Under the pieces are notes generated by a model. That model was not told where the DNA came from. It worked only from the letters and a program-made list of their open reading frames with translations, and made no database searches. A DNA stretch of 64,000 nt, from NCBI GenBank assembly GCA_000004985.1, contig GG738847.1. One strand, 5' to 3'. Positions 52,264 through 63,155 of the stretch are shown here, in pieces. The stretch's first letter is position 1, and each line of letters starts with the position of its first letter. This DNA comes from Naegleria gruberi. Taxonomy: Eukaryota. The position numbers were made by a program, and so were the translations under genes.

Positions 52264-53524
52264 TTAATCTACATCATCATTTTCAATAAAATCAGCCTTC
52301 TGTTCCTCCAATTCTAATAATCTCATTTGTTCCTCAATCTCGCTCTGTGTGAGAGAAATATCATCGTCTATTTCATCTTCATTCTCATCGTGATGCACAT
52401 GAACATCATCATCGTCAATCTCAACTTCATAATCATCATCTTGATGTTCCTCTTCTTCCTCTTTGAGTTTTTCTAATTGCTTCTTTTGTTGTTCAATTTG
52501 GAAGTTACGTAAGATTTCTTCTTGTTCCGCATCTGCTTTTTGTTTTCTTTTAAGGTCTTCAGCTTCTTCTTCTTTTCTCTTCTTTTCCTCTTCCTCATAT
52601 GCTGCTTTAGAAAGAGCAATGGCTCTCTCCAATTCATCCTCCTCTCTATTTCTAAAACTATTATTATACATGAACATTGAAGGTGGTTCATACTCTTCTT
52701 CCTCCTCATCACATTTTTCCATTAATGCTTGTGCTTCCTTGTTTTCTGGTTGCTCTTTTAACACAATTGCCAAGTAGGTCTTTGCTCTTTGAAACTCTTT
52801 ATAAAAGTAGAAGCATTTAGCCATAATGTAGACAGATTTAGTATTTTGTAAAACTCTGTATGCATTCTAAATTTAGGTTAAATGTTTGATCAAAAATAAT
52901 CATCAAGGAATGCAATTAAATAATTAGTGTTGTCACTCCCTACTACTTACTTGGGCACATCTAAATGCTTCACCAACATTTCTCATTTCCAACATTACTA
53001 AAGCAGCATTGTTAAATGTATCACGAACCAGTTCTTCAGCTTGATGAAATTGCTCCCTATTTAAACGATTATTAATAATTTGAAATGTTATCTACTTACT
53101 TTGTAGCAGAGATATTTGTATACTTGTTCTCCTTTAAATTGAACCATACTTCTAGAACCTTGTTATAAAATGGAATAGCCTGAAAATTTCAAATGTCATT
53201 ATCTAAAACAGTTTTACTTTCACTTACATCTTCATAACTATTTTTTTTAAACATGGCATTACCGGCCTCCTTGTTCTCTCTTATTCTTGCGATTAACTCT
53301 TCAAAACTAGTTGATCATCACAAGTTTTCCGAATTTTGATCCAATTTATTCCATTAAAAAACAACTACAAACCTTGAAAATTGTACAACTGATTCTACAT
53401 TTTCATCGGCATCTAATTCGGTTCCGTCGTATTCTGGTTCCTTGTGTTGCTCAGCCTGTTGATCACTGGTGGCACCGTTTGGTGTTGAATTATTGTTGGT
53501 GGCTGAATCTTCGGTTGATGTCAT
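52264..53524 (-). CDS. TPR-repeat protein (TTC1-like, 3 TPRs) with acidic C-terminus containing a UIM. Exons 53373..53524, 53228..53306, 53100..53179, 52950..53056 (frame problem, see findings), 52264..52866.
   Basis: MTSTEDS...VVQFS|S FEELIARIRENKEAGNAMFKKNSYED|AIPFYNKVLEVW...|...FNNAALVMLEMR NVGEAFRCAQ|NAYRVLQNTKSVYIMAKCFYFYKEFQRAKTYLAIVLKEQPENKEAQ. The UIM-like motif is EEDELERAIALSKAAYEEEE. Introns are 66, 48, 43 and 83 nt with GTTTGT or GTAAGT donors. Confidence 0.65.
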
Positions 53525-53815
53525 TTTTTTATAACAATCAAGTTCCACTGTGCATTCAACAAGCAGGTTAGTCTAGACCTTCTCTTCATCAAATAATAAG
53601 AATAGACTAATGTTCATCAAAAATGTTAGTTGAGTGTTGTTAGAATAGACAAGTGTTGGTGTAATTTTGATATTAGTATAAAGTTTCATCCCATCATCAG
53701 CATCAACATGAGAATAATCTATTAAATTTTTGAATATTGTGTGATGATGCAAATTTTAAAGTACAAAAAAATATTTGAATATTGACCCAACAACAAGCAA
53801 CAACAATACTTAACA

Positions 53816-56146
53816 ATGGGTTTTGATAAGAATACTACCGTGTGTGTTCGGAATTTAAGTCCTGAAGTTACTCAAAAGATAGGTTTGATTTTAAATTCAT
53901 CATTTTCTTACAGACAATGTTTACGATTTGGAAAAGTTCTTCCGATTGCGAGTAGGTGATGTAAAGAAAGTAGTACTTGTTACGGATAAACAAACAGAGA
54001 AGAGCAAGGGATTTGCATTTGTTGAATTGTACGTTTTTACTAATAGTTTTTGATGAATTAAATCTGTGGATAGTCCTATTGCAATTTTGGCAAGTGAATG
54101 TTTGAGCAAGTGTAATGGAGCTTCTTTGAATGAAAAGACAATTACTGTTAGACCATATACCGATAAGAAGGAATCTTTGGATAAAAAGAAATCAACCAAG
54201 GAAAAGAAGGAAAAGAAACCAAAAGAAAATGATGTCTTGAGCAAGGATGATCCATTCTATGTTAGTTCAAGTGACGATGAAGATGAAGAAGAAGAAGATA
54301 AACCAGATAAGAATGGAATTTTCCCTAACAGAGTTTTAGTGGTTGCCAGACTTGCAAAATCTATGAATTGGGATCAAGCTATGCAAGCTCTCCAAGAAAA
54401 GTTCAGTAAAATTGGTAAACTGAATAATATCAGAATGCCAAAACAGGGAAGGTTAGTAATTGAATTGTTAAAAATTATACTGAACTCTAATTTCTATTCA
54501 GTAATCACAAGGGATATGCTTTTATCGAATTTAGAAAGGCAAAACATGCCAAGAGAGCTTTGGATTGGGCCAAAAAGAATACAAAGATGAGTGTAGCTTG
54601 GAAAGTTGACCGTGATCAATATGTCAAAAAGAAGCAAGACGCTTTCCTTAAAAAGAAGGAAGAAGAATTCGATAAGGAACAAGAAAAATTCCAAAAACAC
54701 ATGAAAAAGTATACTGAAGGAGAAAAATCTGACGATGAAGAGGATGATGATATTGAGGAACCTGAGGAATATTTTGGAGAGAAGGAAAAGGAATCTAAGA
54801 GTAGTTTGGATGAATTATTTGATGGAGAGGAAAAGGAAGAATCCGATGATGAAAAGGATGATGCTGACGCAGATGAGGACAATCAAGATGATGATGTCGA
54901 AGAGGGTGATGAATCTGATGAGGAGGATCAAGATGATGACATGAGTGTTGGCGAAGAAGATGCTGATGAACAAATGGAAGATGCCGAAAAACCAGAAGGA
55001 GAAGAAGAATCTAAGGAAAAGAAGGAGCAAACAGCTGCTGACTTTAAAAAGACAGTTTTCGTCCAAAATTTACCATTCCAAGCTGGTGTAGATGAAATTA
55101 AGGCCATATTTGAAAAGCACTATGGTTTGGTTGCCTATGTTGCCATTGTTGCCAAGACTGATGGTTTATCAAGTGGTAAAGCTTTCGTCAAATTCAAGAG
55201 ATTCAAGGATGCCAAGAAATGTATCAGAGAAGCCGAAGGAAATCTCATTGAAAAACAACCAGAAAAGAAGAAGGCCTCTGAAAAGATTTCCAAAGAACCA
55301 GAAGAAGAAGAGGAAAGAAATGTTGGTGAAGTTCTTTTGGATGGTAGAAAGTTGCTCATTGCTAGAGCCATCTCTAAGCAATCATCCCAAGAAATTAACA
55401 AGAAGAAGGAAAAGAAGGACGATCCAAGAAATTTGAGATTGGCCAAAATTGGTTTCATTGCTGCCAACAGTCCAGAGGCTAAGGACATGCCAGCTGAACA
55501 CTTGAAGAAGATTCAAAAGAATTGGGCTGAAAAGAATACCAAGCTCAATAATCCAATCTACCACATTTCTCCAACCAGACTTGCTATTCAAAACTTGCCA
55601 AAATCATGGACTGACAAGGATTTGAAGAATCTCGTTTTGGATAAGATTAAATATGATGAAGCTTTGGGTAAAGGAAAGAAACCAAAATTGATTCAAGTCA
55701 AGATTGCTAAGGATAAGGATAGCAAGCAAAGCAAGGGATTCGGCTTTGTAGAATTTGAAAAACATGAAGCTGCTTTGTGTGCTCTCGAAAGACTTAACAA
55801 TAATCCAAAAATTCTCAATCCAAGAGTCAAAGATAATAAGGTTGCCTCAGCAGCTCGTCTCATTGTCGAATTTGCAGTTGAAAATACTATGAAATTGACC
55901 ATTCTCCGAAGGCATCAAACTAACTCTCACAGAGAGAAGGACGATTCTAACATGATATCAGAATTTATTAAGAATAGATACGATCAATCATCCTCATCTT
56001 CAGCTGGTCGTTCCAGACCACCATCACGTGGAGGTAATTACAATAGAAACAATGATAGAAATCAAAAGAGACAAAGAGGTGGTAATGATAACAAACGAAA
56101 ACGTCAAGATAATAATTTTAGAGGTGCAAAGAAGACCAAAAAATAA
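53816..56146 (+). CDS. RNA-binding protein with two RRM domains plus acidic and K/R-rich regions (734 aa). Exons 53816..53882, 53914..54028, 54074..54451, 54502..56146. Introns of 31, 45 and 50 nt.
   Basis: RRM1 is split by an intron: TVCVRNLSPEVTQKI|DNVYDLEKFFRLRVGDVKKVVLVTDKQTEKSKGFAFVEF. A further RRM is KTVFVQNLPFQAGVDEIKAIF...SSGKAFVKF, and a third RRM-like module ends at SKGFGFVEFEKHEAA. The introns carry a TACTAAT-like branch motif. Confidence 0.72.
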
Positions 56147-56241
56147 AATTACTATTTAAAGAAGATACTTATTTGTGGGCAGAAAGAGATTTTCCTTGTT
56201 TTGAAAATTTGCTCAAACTGTAAAAAAAAGTTTGGTTTCAA

Positions 56242-57658
56242 ATGAGCACTCAACCAACATCAACATTACTTTCACCAAGTCTTTCAAATGATAACCTCCT
56301 TCTCGAACCATCTGAAACCTTGTGTGTAGTGACAGGAATCAATGGTTTCATTGCAAGACATTTGGCTTTCCAATTGTTATGTAAGGGATATCGTGTTGTT
56401 GGTACTATTCGACCACCTCCCAATGAAGAATCATTCCCAAGCACTGATGCCTACATTCTCTCCAAACTTCCCTACATTAATCATTGGTTACAAATCTTTG
56501 AAAATCAACTCTCCATTCAAGTAATTGACTTTACTCAGGATGAAAATGCCAAGACACTTGAGAAAATCTTTGAAGGTGCCTATTGTGTCTTTCACACTGC
56601 AAGTCCTGTCTTTTTCAACTCAGAACCACCATCTGAGGAGGAGGCAGAGGAAATGTACTACAAACCAGCAGTGAATGGAACAAGATTGGTATTGGAGGCT
56701 TGTGAAACAAGTAAAGTCACTCGAGTTGTATTAACCAGTAGTACTGCAACATTGTTCAATCCTTACAATCCTCCAAGGTATGTTATTTTCCTATTTAGTC
56801 AATCTCAAATTAACAAACTTGACAATGAATTTTACACATAATCATCATGATAAAATTGTGTTGATTAGAAGTGGCATTGTATCAGAATGTGATTGGAATC
56901 AATCTAGTAAACTAACAGATGCAATGGGTGCCTACAGAATTTCAAAAGTCAAAGCTGAAAGATTTGCCTGGGAATTTTGTAGATATTTAACTTCTTCACA
57001 CAAGATTCAATTGGTAACTGTTCTACCAACCTTTGTAATTGGACCTCCATTCCCCAACAAGGTATTCGATCAAGAAGAATCCAATCAAATTCTCTGCGAA
57101 AAGGTTGAGAAAATGATTCAAGATTTGACAAGCTCTGAAGAATCGATTGATGTTTTGAAGAAATCTGTTCTAACTTCTTCCATTCTTGAAATTTATAAGA
57201 TTCTCCTTCAAAATGAAGATACCTCCATTGTATTCAACTCTGATAATGTTGGAATTGTTGATGTAAGAGATGTTGCCAATTGTCACATTCTAGCAATGGA
57301 AAAAAGACAAGCCAAAGGAAACAGATTCATTTGTTGTCACTCCACAAGAAACTATGTTGAAACTTTCAATAGAATTGCACAAGTTTTCAGAGAAGACTTT
57401 CATGTTGAGAATGTTAACTTTCTTCCAATTTATGATTCCAACTCAACTGGTGAGTTTTCAATCCAAATGAAAAAGATTGATGGATCCAAAGCTGAGAAAA
57501 CTCTTGGATTGAAATATACTCCATTCGAAAGGACGATTAGAGACATGTGTCAATCATTTGCTGAATTGAAATTTGTAAACTCAAGACCTTCAAGAGAAGA
57601 TGAAAAAACCTCCCAAAGAGAAAGATATACAGTCATGACGGATACACTCTTTCCTTAG
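56242..57658 (+). CDS. NAD(P)-dependent extended SDR (GRE2 / cinnamoyl-CoA reductase-like aldehyde reductase), 441 aa. Exons 56242..56777 and 56869..57658. Intron 56778..56868 (GTATGT...TAG).
   Basis: Rossmann motif VVTGINGFIARHL, then CVFHTASPV, then catalytic YxxxK (YRISKVKAE). The acceptor is chosen at the first AG; an AG three nt downstream is equally frame-compatible. Confidence 0.78.
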
Positions 57659-57759
57659 ATTTATATTATGCTCGTCATTACAATATACAATACTCCAAAT
57701 ATGTAAATAACATATTTTAATACTTTACAAAAATCAATCAATTTATTAAAATAAAAAAA

Positions 57760-58311
57760 ATGCCTGTTGATCTAATCGCCTCTCGCCTTCTCTCTGGTAT
57801 TTCCCTGCTCGGATTCCCATCATTTTCCAAAGGATTACTTGATCCTCCGATTGAATCACCCAAGAAGAACCCACAAGATCCATCAAACCCCAAAGTGAAA
57901 CTCTCCAAGCAATGGATGAAACTCTATGGATTGAAGGAGTTAGCCTTGGGTGTGGGTTGTATTGGATCATTTACATTCTATTCAACGCCTATTCATATTA
58001 AATTCCTTCTCCAGATTGGAGTACTTTTAGATGGAGCTGAATTGTGTTATGAATTGATGTATTTGTATTATTGGAGAGGAGTAATAAGTAGGAGGGTGAT
58101 GATTTGGTGGAGTGGAAAGGCTTTGTACTCATTGACGAGTGGCATGTTTTGGTCTGGAATATTGGCCTTGGCTAGTTTGTTTAAAAAGGATCAACCAAAG
58201 GCTTATCTCATGTTGGATGAGATTATGTTTCCTTCTTATATTGCTTTTTGGATGATGTTTTCATTTGTGGGAAATATAATTAATGGAAATAAGAGAGAAG
58301 CAATGAAATAA
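57760..58311 (+). CDS. Small hydrophobic protein (183 aa, about 4 predicted TM helices), hypothetical
   Basis: ATG start, codon usage typical of the window, several 20-aa hydrophobic stretches. Confidence 0.45.
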   Translation: MPVDLIASRLLSGISLLGFPSFSKGLLDPPIESPKKNPQDPSNPKVKLSKQWMKLYGLKELALGVGCIGSFTFYSTPIHIKFLLQIGVLLDGAELCYELMYLYYWRGVISRRVMIWWSGKALYSLTSGMFWSGILALASLFKKDQPKAYLMLDEIMFPSYIAFWMMFSFVGNIINGNKREAMK

Positions 58312-58485
58312 GGAGGAAATTGTGGAGTGTGATGGATAAATGAATAGATTTGTTGACATTCAACTTGAGTTAATAAGACAAGATTGGAAATTGGAAATTG
58401 AACCCTTGACATAATACAAGAATTATAAACCCTAAAAGTAGAGAGAATCGTGCATTTTTAATGATTATATTTTATTATAAATTGA

Positions 58486-59631
58486 TTACCACCTAAAAAC
58501 GAAATATGCTAGGGATAATATGAAAATTGAAAGAAGAGCCTTTCTCACAAATGAATATCTATCATTTACATGATTTTCAGTGAGATTTATAGCTTCTTCC
58601 TTAATTGCTTGATGTTGTTTCAATAGGTCACTTTGATTTTCATACCTTTTCAATTGAACTTTCATTCCAAAGTGATCAGAATAGAATAGATAATCCTTTC
58701 TATTGATATTCCCGAATAGAATATTAAAGAGGGTGTACCAGAGTGGTGTATTTAAAGGTTCAGCACTTAAATGTTTGGAAGATTCATGAATTGGCTTGTT
58801 CGCAAAGAGTTTCATTGGTTGACAAGCTCCAAGAGTGTTTGAGTTTCGAATAAGAATTCTATCCAATCTCATTCTCCTCTTTTCCATTCCTAGATATTTA
58901 AATCTAATGAAACTGTTAATCAGTGGATCGAACGTATACCCCTTATCACTTCTGGTCTCTTTCCAAACATCTCTAAATCCAATTTCCTCAATGATTTCGT
59001 CTTCACTTTCGGCATGAAGATTTAAATCTCCCAAAATGATCACCTGATCCATTTCTTGAACATATGAATTGTTGGCAATTGATTTCAATTCGGTTTTTCT
59101 CTGTTCAACATTCTTTGCATAAGCAAGAGTATGAGCTGAAATCATGCACAATTTTTCAGTGCTGTCACATTCAAAGGTTGCCAAAACAAAATGCTTAGAA
59201 ATTGGATTTTCAATCAAATGAACAGCTATTGGGCAAACTTTAGATAAGATTAAATTGCCTTGAAATCCACTTCCCAAACTCTTATTGACAGAATCTGTCA
59301 CATCATCATTGACAATGTCAGTAAAGAAATAGTTCTTTGAAAAGAATTCAGAATCTTGTAATCTCTTCAAAAACCTTGGAGTCACTTCATTCAAAGCCAG
59401 TACATTAAAATTCTCCTCTTCCAACAACTTGACCGTGTGAACAAATCTTTCGTCATCTCTAATAATAATCGATCGAATAATTTTGTACTTTTCGTCCATA
59501 ATATTTAAAGAACCCAATTTGAATGAGTCATTTATGGAAAGCCCTTGATGTGATGTATCAAATTGTACAGTGATCCATTTTTTAGTATTTGAATCAAACT
59601 TGAAAGGTTTCACTTCTTTGATTTGCGTCAT
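58486..59631 (-). CDS. Endonuclease/exonuclease/phosphatase (EEP) family phosphodiesterase with C-terminal TM anchor (TDP2 / neutral-sphingomyelinase-like), 381 aa
   Basis: EEP motifs LALNEV, ISAHTL, VIILGDLNLH, RLDRILIR and YSDHFG. The C-terminal TM is ALLSIFILSLAYFVF. Confidence 0.72.
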   Translation of the reverse strand: MTQIKEVKPFKFDSNTKKWITVQFDTSHQGLSINDSFKLGSLNIMDEKYKIIRSIIIRDDERFVHTVKLLEEENFNVLALNEVTPRFLKRLQDSEFFSKNYFFTDIVNDDVTDSVNKSLGSGFQGNLILSKVCPIAVHLIENPISKHFVLATFECDSTEKLCMISAHTLAYAKNVEQRKTELKSIANNSYVQEMDQVIILGDLNLHAESEDEIIEEIGFRDVWKETRSDKGYTFDPLINSFIRFKYLGMEKRRMRLDRILIRNSNTLGACQPMKLFANKPIHESSKHLSAEPLNTPLWYTLFNILFGNINRKDYLFYSDHFGMKVQLKRYENQSDLLKQHQAIKEEAINLTENHVNDRYSFVRKALLSIFILSLAYFVFRW

Positions 59632-60177
59632 TTTTTTTGATTTTGTTATTGTAATCGAGTTCCAATTGAGTGAATTTATTTGGAATTGGAAAATCGTGCA
59701 ATTCTCCTTGTAGATGAAATTTCAATAATTTAAATTTGCATTTGTTGTACTATCAACATGTTTACAACATTTACATGGAACTCGATTGAATTTCAATTAT
59801 TCCGAATTGACTTGATTGAAATTGAACCATATTTTGATTGGATTAATATTTGTTGCAGATATGGTCTATAACTATTCAAAAATGTTTAACAGAGAAAGCT
59901 TTGCTTATTCATCCATATTGAGTTATTGTCAGGTGGTGGTGGAAGATAATGTGATTTTGTAAGTTTGATGAGCAATCAAGGATCGGATCAGAATGGAATA
60001 CGACTCACTTCAAGTATTATACAAAACATCCATGATTATGTTTTAATTATTACTAAAACACAAAGATGATGATTTTGAAAATACATAGAAAATAAAAAAG
60101 CAAAGATAACAAACAGGACCTCCCTTTTAAGATTTAATTTAAATAATTATATTTCAATTATATTAGTAAATTTATTG

Positions 60178-61035
60178 ATGATGATGATGAATTTCAATCA
60201 AAAGGATCAAAAACCGAGTAAACAAATAATTTCCACTCCCGAACTACTCAACAATTGGAGAAACTCACTTGATCAATGCTATGAACAAGCTAAATATGAT
60301 TTCTACACTTGTATGAATGAACATTTTCCCAATTCTTACAATATCTATAATAATAATACAAATGTAAATACAACAACCACCAATATTAACAATAATACCA
60401 GCAATACAATGAATAATAATAATACTATTAAAGGAATAAAACTATGGGAAAAAAAGAAGGAAATTAGAGAAGTGGAACAAGTGACCTCACTCTTTAGAAA
60501 TTCACCTCCCGAATCAAACTTTTACAAATGGCTTGGAGTTTCAGAGTTTGAATATTCGAATGGATCTATTGTGGAATTGTTTTCGTATATTACAAAGGAA
60601 AATGATATGGAACAGAGGAGAAAGTGGGATCCAGATTTGGAGGAATTGAAGAGTATTGCCATGTTGGATGAAAAGAATTGGAGAATTTGCTTTCAGGTTT
60701 ACAATACTAATACTAGATTTGTTTCGAATAGAGAATTTGTGATTCAGTATGATATTTATGAGGAATGTGAAAATGTAGCATGGTTGATATGTCAGTCAGT
60801 TTCTGATTTTCCAGAAATGGAGGATTCACAAGCTCCCTATCGAAGAGGAAATGTTAGAGGTTTTGTTCATTCAGTTGCTTGGAGAATTGAAAAGATAAAT
60901 AATGGAGAGAAATTCAAATTGAGTTTTTGTATTCACTCAGATCCAGGAGGTATGATTAGTTCAACCATTTACAATCTCGTCAGTGAGAAACAAGCCCTGA
61001 ATACCTATCGAATTATTAAGGCAATAAATTTGTAA
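60178..61035 (+). CDS. START/Bet v1-like lipid-binding domain protein (N-rich linker), about 285 aa
   Basis: The track start at 60175 is TTG; the first ATG is 60178. REFVIQYDIY...RRGNVRGFVHSVAWRIE...GGMI resembles the START-domain C-terminal half. Assignment is tentative. Confidence 0.45.
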   Translation: MMMMNFNQKDQKPSKQIISTPELLNNWRNSLDQCYEQAKYDFYTCMNEHFPNSYNIYNNNTNVNTTTTNINNNTSNTMNNNNTIKGIKLWEKKKEIREVEQVTSLFRNSPPESNFYKWLGVSEFEYSNGSIVELFSYITKENDMEQRRKWDPDLEELKSIAMLDEKNWRICFQVYNTNTRFVSNREFVIQYDIYEECENVAWLICQSVSDFPEMEDSQAPYRRGNVRGFVHSVAWRIEKINNGEKFKLSFCIHSDPGGMISSTIYNLVSEKQALNTYRIIKAINL

Positions 61036-61215
61036 TTTTGTTAAAGTGAACTGCTTTCTATTGAATTCAGTAGAACAGATCTATCAGTCTGTGCTTTTAG
61101 GTGAAGTGAGGTTGAGGTGGTAATTTTCTGCAATGTTGATCGATAGATTTCTTTTATCGATTTGTATCCCAAAAAGGAATTAAAAAAAATTAAAAAATTA
61201 TATAATTTATATTAT

Positions 61216-62864
61216 TTAGAAAAGTGGAATACCAGCTTCAGCATCACTTTCGACACCACATTCATCAGAACCTCTCAAAATCTTAAAGTAACCATTGTCT
61301 CCCCAAGTTGTTGACCAACTGTTCTTAATCTTCCAATATGGAGTACCATTTTCAACACCCCAACCAACCATCAAGACAGCATGATTGACAACTTCAAAGT
61401 GTGGAATCATTTCATCTTCAGAGAGACCTTGAGCCTTCAATTCTTCAGCAGTAACGTGCTTGTAAACACCGTGCTTGTAGTTTCTCAAATCTGGATAAAC
61501 TTCGAACCCAATAGCAAGTGGACCATTTTGATAAATTTCGTGCATCATGGACAATTCGTGAGAGTTACCATAATAACCACCAACAAAGTAATAGTTTGAA
61601 GAATGGAGACGTTGTTGTCTATTGACTGGACATTGATTGCTGCACTTTCCGAGATCGTGTCCTTGATATGGGTCACAACTTTCAACAGTAAGACCATAAT
61701 CCATAGCATATTTACCAACGAGGAATGGGAAACCACCATCACATCCTTGAGAATAAGCAGAACAATCAACAATGTCTTGTGGTGAGTAAACTGGGACTTG
61801 AGTAAGGTTGGAAGGAATTCTAACTCTACTGCCAAACATGTCACTTGAACTGAAAGCGTAGCAAGATCCGCATTGCTTTTTCCATATTTGGTAATTCAAT
61901 TAAATAAATGTCCATATTTGAATAAATAAATAAAAAATAAATAAAAAAAATAAATAAAAAATAATTAAAAAAAACATACCTCTTGATTTCTGACTGGGAC
62001 AACAAAGTCACGTCCATTAACATTAGTCCAATCGAATTCAGTTGGGAGAGAAGCTCTCAACTTTTCAGCATCTTGAGATTCGAATTGACCAGTCTTACCA
62101 TTGAAAAGGGTAACCTTATCAGCATTCATAGCTCTGAGCTTGGCTTGTTGCTTCTTCAAGTTTCTAGTCTTTTGATAACTTCTTCTGTATGAACCAGTAA
62201 TTCTCTTCAATTCAGCAAAGGTCATACCTTCGAATTGCTTGTGAGCAGTAGCCTTCCATGTGGATTGAGCCTTATTCAATGCTTGAATATATCTGTCATT
62301 GTTAACAAAGACGGTGGAGTGTTCAAAATCTCTCTTAATCTTTTCTTCAGCATGGTCAATGGAGTGAACAGTCTTAGCTTGGAAGCTTGATGACTTGAAT
62401 CCCTTGAAACAACCCCACTTCTTAGCTGGAATAGAGTTATCGTGATAAGTACCAACAAAGGTTTGGTCACAGTGAGAAGTAACAATGGTGTGATTGTTAA
62501 CATTAGCTTCAGTATAGTTGAAGAATGCAAAGTACTTCAATCCGTCAACTTTAATTTCCATACCTTGGTCATAAACCATAGTGAAATGACCACGGACAGT
62601 TGGTTTACCCATCAAGATGGCAATATTTGGTTCAGAGAGTTTAATAGTAACAGTGTCGAGCTTGGTTGTTGGCAATTGCTTCTTATCAATAGAACATTGA
62701 TTATAAATAACTTGGTTATCATAGTTTGGTTCGGTCTTGTAGAAAGTCCAGGTACCGTAAACATTTTCATACAAGCAGTGGACTGGAATGTCGGCCAAGG
62801 CTAATTGGCAAGCAACACCCAAGAAGAAAACTGCTGCGAGAATCTTGGCGAATTGTGATTTCAT
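61216..62864 (-). CDS. CTSC: Cathepsin C / dipeptidyl peptidase I (514 aa): signal peptide, exclusion domain and papain-family catalytic domain. Exons 61980..62864 and 61216..61875. Intron 61876..61979 (GTATGT...AAG, 104 nt, AT-rich).
   Basis: Exclusion domain DIPVHCLYENVYGTWTFY (compare DTPANCTYLDLLGTWVFQ). Junction DFVVPVRNQE|QCGSCYAFSSS (active-site Cys context). Papain motifs follow: catalytic His region NHAVLMVGWG and YWKIKNSWSTTWGDNGYFKILRG. Confidence 0.88.
61900..61975. repeat. Simple A-rich repeat (AAATAAA-like units) inside the cathepsin C intron
   Basis: aataaataaataaaaaataaataaaaaaaataaataaaaaataattaaaaaaaa. Confidence 0.6.
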
Positions 62865-63155
62865 TTTTTTAAAGCTAAAAAAAAAATTTGAAAAAATCGG
62901 AGCGTTAATTTTGTAAACGGAGTTGGGACTGAGAAAATTTTTTATTAGATGTTTTTGATTGGCTCCGTTTTGAATGTTGATGTTTTGTGTAGTTTACATC
63001 TGAGGATGATGCATGATAGAGATGAACATTGTAAAGTTTGGTTCAAGTTGTTTGTGTGCCGCCATTGGTGTGTGAAATGTGTTGGTGGAAGAGATACTTG
63101 GATGGTTGCTACTGTCCAATGATAAATAATTAGTTTTAAACCAATTTCCATAGTT

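Noticed and set aside
52978-52981. Tried to explain the frame break in the TPR/UIM gene by an alternative micro-intron or alternative donors (GTAATG at T16, GTTGGT)
   Set aside because: No combination restores both flanking TPR segments with canonical GT..AG and consistent phase. A homopolymer indel or exon skipping is more parsimonious.
54616-55902. Minus-strand Ser-rich and hydrophobic ORFs antisense to the RRM gene
   Set aside because: They are the reverse complement of GAA/GAT/AAG-rich acidic coding sequence of the well-supported RRM gene.
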